A stretch of DNA of 13,820 bases from Candidatus Iainarchaeum sp. (GTDB lineage: Archaea > Iainarchaeota > Iainarchaeia > Iainarchaeales > CSSED10-239). Below the pieces are notes generated by a model. That model was given only the letters and a program-made list of their open reading frames with translations. It was not told the DNA's origin and searched no databases. Shown one piece after another: positions 6,340-13,159 of this stretch. How positions within the stretch are numbered: the first letter of the stretch is position 1; the number at the start of each line of letters is the position of its first letter. The position numbers and the translations under genes were made by a program. The stretch is taken from NCBI GenBank assembly GCA_028700905.1, contig JAQVRT010000017.1, forward strand, positions 1-13,820, written 5' to 3'.

Positions 6340-8169
6340 TTATTCAACAGTAACAGATTTTGCTAAGTTTCTAGGTTTATCAATTTCACATCCTTTAAGG
6401 TCAGAAATAAAATATGCAATAAGTTGCATAATTACAAGATTTAAAAAAGGAGTAAAATCATTATCAATATCTTCAACATAGATTACATAATCTGAAATTT
6501 TTAAAATATCCACATCTCCTTTTGTTGCAATAGATATTACAACTCCACCTCTTGCTTTTACTTCATTAATATTTGATATTACTTTTTCATAATTATTATT
6601 TTTATTAACTATAAAAACACAAGGCATATCTTTATCTATTAAAGCAATAGGACCATGTTTCATTTCTGCTGCAGGATAACCTTCTGCATGGATATAAGAT
6701 ATTTCTTTAAGCTTTAAAGCACCTTCTAAAGCTATAGGGTAGTTTATACCTCTTCCAAGATATAAGAAATTTTTAGAATTTTTAAAATTTAAAGCCATTT
6801 TTTTAATATTATTTACAGAATTATTAATTTCTTCAAAAATAATTTCTGGAAGAGATGAAAGATTTTTAATAATTTTTAATCTATCTTCAATTGAAATTAA
6901 GTTATTCTTTTGTCCAACATATAAAACAAACAACCACATAGATATTAATTGATTTGTAAATGCTTTAGTTGATGCAACACCAATCTCTGGACCTGCTCTA
7001 GTATAGATACCACAACTAACTTCTCTTGCAATAGTTGATCCAACAACATTTACTATTCCTAAAGTTTTTGCATTTTTTTCTTTAGCTTCTCTTAAAGCTG
7101 CAAGAGTATCTGCAGTTTCTCCAGATTGTGAAATTACAATTACCAAAGTATCCTGGTCAACTAAAGGATCTCTATACCTAAATTCAGAAGCATAATCAAC
7201 TTCTACAGGTATTTTTAAATATTTTTCAATAATAAACTTAGAAACCAAAGCACAATGCCAAGAAGTTCCACAAGCAAGAATAACAATTCTTTTTAATTTT
7301 TCTAAATATTCAGAATTAATAAAATCTAATCCTCCAAGAATAACAGAATTTGATTTTAAATCTATTCTTCCAGCTAATGCATTTTTAATAACATCTTTTT
7401 GTTCATAGATTTCTTTTAACATAAAATGTTTATAACCTTGTTTTTCTATTTGATCAAGAGTAACTGATAAAGTATCTATATCTTTATCAATTATTTCATT
7501 ATTAAAATCTGTAATATAATATCCTTGATCATTAATTAATGCAATTTCTCCATCATTTAAATAAATAACATCTTTTGTATACTCAATAATTGCAGAAGTA
7601 TCACTTGCAATAAAATATTCATCCTCTCCAATACCTAAAACAACTGGAGATCCTTTTCTGGCTACAACAATTTCTCTTTTATTTTTAGATAAAACTAATA
7701 TTCCAAAAGTTCCAACAACTTGAGAAATAGCTTTTAAAACAGCTTCCTTTAAATCTCCTTTATAAAAATAAGAAATTAATCCAACTAAAACTTCAGAATC
7801 AGTATCAGATCTAAAAGTAATATTTTTAGTTTGTAAAAATTTTTTTAAACTTTCATAATTTTCAATAATACCATTATGTACTAAAGAAATATTATTTAAA
7901 AAATCAGTATGAGGATGAGAATTAACTTCTGAAGGAATTCCATGTGTTGCCCATCTTGTGTGTGCAATACCAATAGTTGATTCTGTTAAAAGATCTAATT
8001 TTTCTTTTAACTCTAAAACTTTACCTTTTGTTTTTACAGTTATAAGATCATCATTATAAAGAAAAGAAACTCCACAAGAATCATATCCACGATATTCTAA
8101 TCTTAAGAGTCCATTAATTAATATTTGTAAAACTTTTTTTTGCCCTATATATCCAATTATTCCACACAT
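6340..8169 (-). CDS. glmS: glutamine--fructose-6-phosphate aminotransferase (isomerizing)
   Basis: 609 aa. It has the N-terminal nucleophile MCGIIGY, the GATase-2 motif HTRWATHG, two SIS domains (SQSGETADT) and the canonical C-terminus LAKSVTVE. Confidence 0.97.
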   Translation of the reverse strand: MCGIIGYIGQKKVLQILINGLLRLEYRGYDSCGVSFLYNDDLITVKTKGKVLELKEKLDLLTESTIGIAHTRWATHGIPSEVNSHPHTDFLNNISLVHNGIIENYESLKKFLQTKNITFRSDTDSEVLVGLISYFYKGDLKEAVLKAISQVVGTFGILVLSKNKREIVVARKGSPVVLGIGEDEYFIASDTSAIIEYTKDVIYLNDGEIALINDQGYYITDFNNEIIDKDIDTLSVTLDQIEKQGYKHFMLKEIYEQKDVIKNALAGRIDLKSNSVILGGLDFINSEYLEKLKRIVILACGTSWHCALVSKFIIEKYLKIPVEVDYASEFRYRDPLVDQDTLVIVISQSGETADTLAALREAKEKNAKTLGIVNVVGSTIAREVSCGIYTRAGPEIGVASTKAFTNQLISMWLFVLYVGQKNNLISIEDRLKIIKNLSSLPEIIFEEINNSVNNIKKMALNFKNSKNFLYLGRGINYPIALEGALKLKEISYIHAEGYPAAEMKHGPIALIDKDMPCVFIVNKNNNYEKVISNINEVKARGGVVISIATKGDVDILKISDYVIYVEDIDNDFTPFLNLVIMQLIAYFISDLKGCEIDKPRNLAKSVTVE

Positions 8170-8246
8170 ATTTTATAAAATTTGTATTTTAATAATTATA
8201 TAATAGTTACAAAACATTTATAATATAACTTTTCTTTTAAAAAAAA

Positions 8247-8858
8247 TCATTTTTTTTCTTCAACAAAAAACTTAAAGAAAATTGCAATAAAATTATGAAT
8301 AGAATGTGCAATTGCAACAAAAATTAAATTTGTATAAAAAACATATATCATAGCAAGTAAAAATCCTTCAATAAAAACTAAAAGTAAGTCTAAATTTTTA
8401 CGACTATAAATAACATGAATATACATGAAAAGTAAAGAATTAATAAAAACAACCATAATTGAAGAATTAAAGATATCAAATAATTTAGGAATTAAATAAC
8501 CTCTAAAAATAAATTCTTGTAAAAAGCATAAAGGAATAAAAACTAAAATATGGAATCTTTTTTCATGCCAATAATGAATATAATGTTCTCTTTTTAAAAC
8601 ATATTTTGAAAGATAAATAATTGCAACAGAAACTAAAACAGTAAAAGCAATATATGGAAATATATGATTATCAATATTATCAAATCTAATACCTAAATCA
8701 TAAAATGTCATTCCTTCAATTATTATAAAGAAAATAACTATTAAAAAAATAAAAAAAAGAACATGTAGTCTATATTTAAAAGGAATAATTTTTTTATATA
8801 AAAGATATACAGGTAGTACAAAAACAAGTAATACCTGTATTATTGATATTAAAAACAT
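8247..8858 (-). CDS. CPBP-family (CAAX/Abi-type) intramembrane protease homologue
   Basis: 203 aa and polytopic. Motif 1 is QEFIFRG (canonical EExxxR), motif 2 is FMYIH (FxxxH) and motif 3 is HSIHN (HxxxN). The start lies 30 nt downstream of the Trx-fold gene stop. Confidence 0.8.
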   Translation of the reverse strand: MFLISIIQVLLVFVLPVYLLYKKIIPFKYRLHVLFFIFLIVIFFIIIEGMTFYDLGIRFDNIDNHIFPYIAFTVLVSVAIIYLSKYVLKREHYIHYWHEKRFHILVFIPLCFLQEFIFRGYLIPKLFDIFNSSIMVVFINSLLFMYIHVIYSRKNLDLLLVFIEGFLLAMIYVFYTNLIFVAIAHSIHNFIAIFFKFFVEEKK

Positions 8859-8888
8859 AATTTATCTTTTATATACTTTTTTTTTAAA

Positions 8889-9962
8889 TTAACCACATGT
8901 TGCGTCTGTTGTTGATGTTGTTGTTTGACTAAAACCAAATCCAGGAGTAGGAGAAGCTGAACTTAAAACTTCATTACATGCTCTTGGTAATGTTTCAAAT
9001 CCACTACAAATTGTATTTAAAAGACTTTGAGAATCTCTATTTGAATTTACAACAGTCCCATTAATTACAAGTGTTGGTGAACCTTGAACTCCATATTTTA
9101 AATTATCAGCATCATGTACTAAAAACTTAGGATATCTTCCATTAAGCCATGAAGCTTTATCTTCATAAGATTCCATAACATTAAATTCTTGATCAGTTTC
9201 TGTAATACATGTATCTAAAGAATCTCTTGTGATTTGTGTTTCTTCAAGACATCTATCTGTATTTCCATCTTCTAAGAAACAATAAAGATAGTCATTAAAT
9301 TTGTCATTAAATTCTTCTTGAATACAATATTGAAGTAATTGTTCTTCAACTTCAACAATATCATGCATAGCATAATTTACAAACTTAATTTTAAAATCAA
9401 TTGTGTCTTGTAAAACATCAACTGCAGGTAAAATTCCTTTTTCAACTTGAGTTCCATAAGGACAGTGAGACATTACAAACAATTCTACTGTTGGTTTTTC
9501 AGTCTTTGGAATTTCTTGAACTTCAGGAGTTGTATTCTCTCCTTCTGCTAAATTCAGGTCAGATTTATTAATTGGTTCTAAACCAGGAACGAAAACCATT
9601 TCTCCATCTAAAGAAGTATATATTTCTACTTCTTGTCCTTCAATTTCAAAAGTATTAAGGCATAAGCCATTAGAAGATACTGTTGAAATTAAACTTAAAG
9701 AAGGTAATTGAAATGTATCAATTAAGAAAGTTTGTGTGTCTGGTCCAATATTTGTTGCACATTCTAAAGCAACTTCTGGATCAACTTCATTGTTATTGCC
9801 AGTTAATGCAAAAATACCTACTACAATTAATAAAACTAAAAGAACAAAAGAAGTTATTTGCCAAAAATGATCTTTCATTTTACAAGTTTTATGTTTAGAA
9901 GAACTTACATTGTGATGTTCTTCTTTATGTGTAGGTGTGTTTTTTTTAATTGTTTTTTTCAT
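8889..9962 (-). CDS. membrane-anchored thioredoxin-fold (DsbA-like) protein, Cys-rich
   Basis: 357 aa. It has a basic N-terminus and one TM (ITSFVLLVLLIVVGIFAL). The Trx-like motif is FVMSHCPYG and the cis-Pro loop is GSPTLVINGT. Eleven further Cys are present, 8 of them in the C-terminal half. GGTGG SD lies 6 nt upstream. Confidence 0.65.
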   Translation of the reverse strand: MKKTIKKNTPTHKEEHHNVSSSKHKTCKMKDHFWQITSFVLLVLLIVVGIFALTGNNNEVDPEVALECATNIGPDTQTFLIDTFQLPSLSLISTVSSNGLCLNTFEIEGQEVEIYTSLDGEMVFVPGLEPINKSDLNLAEGENTTPEVQEIPKTEKPTVELFVMSHCPYGTQVEKGILPAVDVLQDTIDFKIKFVNYAMHDIVEVEEQLLQYCIQEEFNDKFNDYLYCFLEDGNTDRCLEETQITRDSLDTCITETDQEFNVMESYEDKASWLNGRYPKFLVHDADNLKYGVQGSPTLVINGTVVNSNRDSQSLLNTICSGFETLPRACNEVLSSASPTPGFGFSQTTTSTTDATCG

Positions 9963-10009
9963 ATCATACCACCATATTTTTAATAATAATTTATATATAA
10001 TATTATAAT

Positions 10010-10024
10010 AGAAATGTTTATAAA
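10010..10024 (-). promoter_or_regulatory. second copy of the TTTATAAACATTTCT promoter-like element, upstream of the Trx-fold gene
   Basis: This is an exact 15-nt match to 6296-6310 on the same strand, 47 nt upstream of the ATG at 9962. Confidence 0.3.
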
Positions 10025-10090
10025 AAGAAAGAAAAATTATATTCTAAAAATTTATTTTCAGAAAATAATTTTTAAAAAAAATAAAGAAAT

Positions 10091-10483
10091 TTATAAAGAA
10101 TAAACTTCTTTATAAATTCCATGAATATTACATAAAGCCCTAATTGTAACTTTTCTTCCTAAAGGAACTTTAAAAACAACTTCTGGTTTATCCCAATAAT
10201 TAAGACTCTTAACATATAAAGACCCATCAACAGAAATTTCAATCCATTTAATGAAATGTTCTTGTGTCATTGGATGCATAGGCTCTCCAATCTTAACATA
10301 TATTTCTTTTTCGCCTCTAATTTCTATATAAGGTTTATGAATATCTTCATTTGATGTAACTTTTTCTTCTTTAATTTCAAGATCCATTTCTTTACCACAA
10401 CAAACTAAAGTTCCACCACCAATTTCTTTTAGTTCTACAACATTTCCACAAACTGAACATTTATATTTATCTCCAACTTCCAT
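10091..10483 (-). CDS. dfx: desulfoferrodoxin (2Fe superoxide reductase)
   Basis: 130 aa. The N-terminal desulforedoxin-type centre is CSVC...VCCG. The neelaredoxin-type domain has HKPYIE, HPM..EHFI and the C-terminal CNIHG ligands. AGGAG SD is present. Confidence 0.9.
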   Translation of the reverse strand: MEVGDKYKCSVCGNVVELKEIGGGTLVCCGKEMDLEIKEEKVTSNEDIHKPYIEIRGEKEIYVKIGEPMHPMTQEHFIKWIEISVDGSLYVKSLNYWDKPEVVFKVPLGRKVTIRALCNIHGIYKEVYSL

Positions 10484-10632
10484 AATTTATTTCTCCTATA
10501 ACTATCTTCTTTTTATCAAGTATATTATATAGAATAATTAATAAATATATGGATTATTTATTAAAAAAAGTAATTTTGTTTAAAATATTATTATAGTATA
10601 TTTTAAAGTTAAATGTTTAGTTTTTTATTAAA

Positions 10633-10657
10633 TAAAAAAAAATAGAAAAGAAAAAAT
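10633..10657 (-). terminator. oligo-T tracts immediately downstream of the repeat-protein stop
   Basis: The - strand reads ATATTTTTTCTTTTCTATTTTTTTTTATT right after the TAA, with no convincing hairpin. This is an archaeal-style T-tract termination signal and is inferred only. Confidence 0.25.
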
Positions 10658-10659
10658 AT

Positions 10660-13056
10660 TTAAATATTTTCTCTAATTTTTGATTTAGAAAAACCAGCTT
10701 CTAAAAGATCTTCTTCTGAATAACCAGCAAGTCTAAGCTCTTCTAAACTATAACCTACACTTCTAAGTTCTTTTGCAGAAAAATGTAATGCTCTAAGTTC
10801 TTTTGCACCATAATGAATAACTTTCATAAGTCTGATACCAACACCTAAATCAAAAACATCTTTTGCAGAATAACCAGCATAATGAAGTTGTCTTGCAGTA
10901 TATCCTACATCATAAAGATCTTTTGCAGAAAAACCACCTTCTTTCATTGAAGATGCATCACAACCTGCCATCTTTAAATCTCTTGCAGAATAAAATGGAT
11001 TTAAATCTTTTGGAGAATATCCAGCTTGAGTCATTTCTTTTGCAGTATATCCTGCATTATAAAATTCAGAAATTGGTATACCTAAACCATAAATTTCTTT
11101 TGCTTTATAACCTGCAAATCTAATAGTTGAAACATCAAAACCAGAATCATACATTTCTTTTGCAGTATATCCTGCAGCATGATATTGTTTTGCAGTATAT
11201 CCTATACTTAAAAGTTCTTTAGCAGTAAATCCTGATCTTCTAAGTTCAAGTAAAGAAAAGCCTTCTAAATGAAGTTCTAAAGCAGTAAATCCTGCAAGTC
11301 TTAAGTCAATTAAATTATAACCATTTGCAAGGAAATCTTTTATTGTACATCCAAGCATATGAACTTCTCTTAAAGAATAACCACCTTCAAGTAAATCAAA
11401 ACATGTACATCCAGCATTCTTTAAATCAATTGCTTTGTATCCAGCTTCTTTTAAATCTTTAATAGTATAACCTAATTTTAAAAGTTCAGGTATACTGTAC
11501 TTTAAATATTTAAGTTCTTCTAAAGATACAACTTTATCATCTGAAAGAACAACAGGTTCAACAGGTTTTAAAGCAATTAACTCTGAAATATCAAATCCTG
11601 CTTCTTTAAGTTCATCAATTGTAATTCCATTTTCATATAATGGTTTTGCAGAAATTCCTTCTTTTCTAAATCTTACAAGAGGAATCTCTTTTAGAAGTTC
11701 TTTATAAGTAAAACCAATATCTAAAAGTTCTTTAATTGTAAATTTTTCTGCAACAATTTCTTCTAAAGAATAAACATCTTTAATTTCTTTTAAAGTATAT
11801 CCTTTTTTTAGTAATTGTTTTAATGTAAATATTTTTGAAAGATCTTTAATTGTAAAACCACAATCTAATATTTCTTTAAGTTTATAACCAGCAGAAACAA
11901 TTTCTTTTAAAGAATAACCAGCTTTTTTAAGATCTTTTGCAGGATATGCATATTCTTTTAATTTTTTAGCTCTAAATTTTGCATCTCTTAAATCTTTTGC
12001 ATCATATTCTGCAAAAAGAATTGAATGTTGATCAAATTTAACTTTCTTTAAATCACTTGGAGTATATCCAAGAGCTTTAAGATCTTTTGTTGAAATTCCT
12101 GCTTTCTTTAATTCTTTTAAAGAAAAATTTACATCATTAATTTCCTTAGGAGTATATTGTAGATAATAAAGATCTTTTGCAGTGAAGCCAAGTGACTTTA
12201 GTGCTTTTGCATTATATTTATGTTCTTTTAAAACACTAGCTGTTAAGCCATATGAAAATATTTCTTTTGAAGACATTTTCTTTAAAGTTTGATCATTGAT
12301 AACTATTTTTACAACTTCTTCTTTTTTATCTTCAACTTTTTCTTTTTTAATTTTTTTAGGTTTTGCTTTTTCTTTTGGAAATTTTTTTAAAGGTTTTATT
12401 TTTTCTTCTTTTATTTTAATTCCAATTTCTTTATCTGTAAAACCTGCTTTTCTTAATTCATCAATACTATATTTTGCTTTCTTAAGTTCTGAAATAGTAT
12501 ATGTACCTTGATATAATTCTTTTGCAGTTAAACCAATATTTTTTAATTGTGATGCATCAAAACCTGCTCTCTTTAAATCTTTAATACTAAAACCTACTTC
12601 TAATAATTGTCTTGCAGTAAATTTAACTTTTTTTAATTCTTTTGAAGTATAACCTACAGATTTTAAATCTTTTAAATTAATACCAAGTTCTTTTAAATCT
12701 TTTAAAGGAAAACCTGCTACTTGTAAATCTTTAACAGAATAACCTACAGAATAAAGTTCTTTTGCAGTAAAATCTAAATTTCTTAAATTTTGAGAACTAA
12801 AACCAACTTCTTTTAATTTCTTAACAGTAAATCCTGCTTTTTCTAAAGTTCTAGCTTTAAAGCCTAATCCCTTTAAAACAGTATAGTTTGCTTTAACTTC
12901 ATTTAGTTTTTTTGCAAATTCTGTTTTATTTATTTTAAATTTTGAAAAAATAGAAACTGTTATTGGAGAAATTATATATCTTGAAGGAGAATTGATTTGT
13001 TTTTCTAAATATTCATTTAATTCTTTTTTTGTTAAATTTTTTAAGTCAATAGCCAT
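10660..13056 (-). CDS. large tandem decapeptide-repeat protein, function unknown
   Basis: The ORF is 798 aa and uninterrupted. A strong SD is present (AGGTGGTG, 8 nt upstream). About 65-70 units have the consensus h-G-[FY]-[ST]-x-[KS]-[DE]-L-x-x. No signal peptide or TM is visible. Confidence 0.85.
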   Translation of the reverse strand: MAIDLKNLTKKELNEYLEKQINSPSRYIISPITVSIFSKFKINKTEFAKKLNEVKANYTVLKGLGFKARTLEKAGFTVKKLKEVGFSSQNLRNLDFTAKELYSVGYSVKDLQVAGFPLKDLKELGINLKDLKSVGYTSKELKKVKFTARQLLEVGFSIKDLKRAGFDASQLKNIGLTAKELYQGTYTISELKKAKYSIDELRKAGFTDKEIGIKIKEEKIKPLKKFPKEKAKPKKIKKEKVEDKKEEVVKIVINDQTLKKMSSKEIFSYGLTASVLKEHKYNAKALKSLGFTAKDLYYLQYTPKEINDVNFSLKELKKAGISTKDLKALGYTPSDLKKVKFDQHSILFAEYDAKDLRDAKFRAKKLKEYAYPAKDLKKAGYSLKEIVSAGYKLKEILDCGFTIKDLSKIFTLKQLLKKGYTLKEIKDVYSLEEIVAEKFTIKELLDIGFTYKELLKEIPLVRFRKEGISAKPLYENGITIDELKEAGFDISELIALKPVEPVVLSDDKVVSLEELKYLKYSIPELLKLGYTIKDLKEAGYKAIDLKNAGCTCFDLLEGGYSLREVHMLGCTIKDFLANGYNLIDLRLAGFTALELHLEGFSLLELRRSGFTAKELLSIGYTAKQYHAAGYTAKEMYDSGFDVSTIRFAGYKAKEIYGLGIPISEFYNAGYTAKEMTQAGYSPKDLNPFYSARDLKMAGCDASSMKEGGFSAKDLYDVGYTARQLHYAGYSAKDVFDLGVGIRLMKVIHYGAKELRALHFSAKELRSVGYSLEELRLAGYSEEDLLEAGFSKSKIRENI
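10672..11526 (-). repeat. decapeptide array 3 (aa ~511-795), the most DNA-homogeneous array
   Basis: G-[FYCI] occurs at residues x9-x0 sixteen times in a row (aa 529-680). AGYTAKEM recurs. Exact 25-nt DNA repeats occur at 11032-11056 and 11152-11176. Confidence 0.85.
11569..12255 (-). repeat. decapeptide array 2 (aa ~268-496), more degenerate with a few 9-residue units
   Basis: Example units are LGFTAKDLYY, AGISTKDLKA, AGYSLKEIVS, AGYKLKEILD and CGFTIKDLSK. The phase slips by one residue near aa 408-440. Confidence 0.8.
12421..12891 (-). repeat. decapeptide array 1 (aa ~56-212), 30-nt coding periodicity
   Basis: Leu/Ile occurs at every 10th residue from aa 61 to 211 with no indel. Example units are LGFKARTLEK, AGFTVKKLKE and VGFSSQNLRN. 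Confidence 0.85.
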
Positions 13057-13159
13057 TTTAATACACCACCTAAAATATAATTATATTTAGTTAAATAATT
13101 ATAGATAAGTTAAGTTTATATACTTGTTTATTTAATTATGTATATGTGTGACATACTAA

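Noticed and set aside
8889-8948. TPGFGF near the C-terminus of the Trx-fold protein as a PGF-CTERM archaeosortase signal
   Set aside because: No hydrophobic helix or basic tail follows (the sequence continues SQTTTSTTDATCG-stop), so the tripartite signal is absent.
9683-9898. 71-aa ORF on the + strand inside the Trx-fold gene
   Set aside because: It is an antisense shadow ORF wholly contained in a better-supported gene, with a Leu/Lys/Gln low-complexity translation.
10549-10596. 15-aa ORF (MDYLLKKVILFKILL) in the dfx upstream spacer
   Set aside because: It is too short, has no SD, and is expected by chance in AT-rich DNA.
10863-11123. 86-aa ORF on the + strand within the repeat gene
   Set aside because: It is the antisense reading of the 30-nt periodic repeat. 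Its own periodicity (LLQ/NLL...) only mirrors the sense-strand repeat.
12296-12511. 71-aa ORF on the + strand within the repeat gene
   Set aside because: It is the antisense of the Lys-rich spacer (poly-AAA/AAG read as Phe/Leu/Ser), an artefact of composition.
10660-13056. Regular 30-nt periodicity considered as a CRISPR-like or non-coding tandem array
   Set aside because: The periodicity lies inside one uninterrupted 2.4-kb ORF with a strong SD. There is no alternation of conserved repeats and unique spacers, and the variation is codon-phased. It is a coding repeat.
10660-13056. Calling the repeat protein a canonical pentapeptide-repeat (A[D/N]LXX) protein
   Set aside because: Only alternate pentads fit. 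The intervening pentad places Lys or other polar residues at the position that must be small and buried. I kept it as a hypothesis to test, not an annotation.
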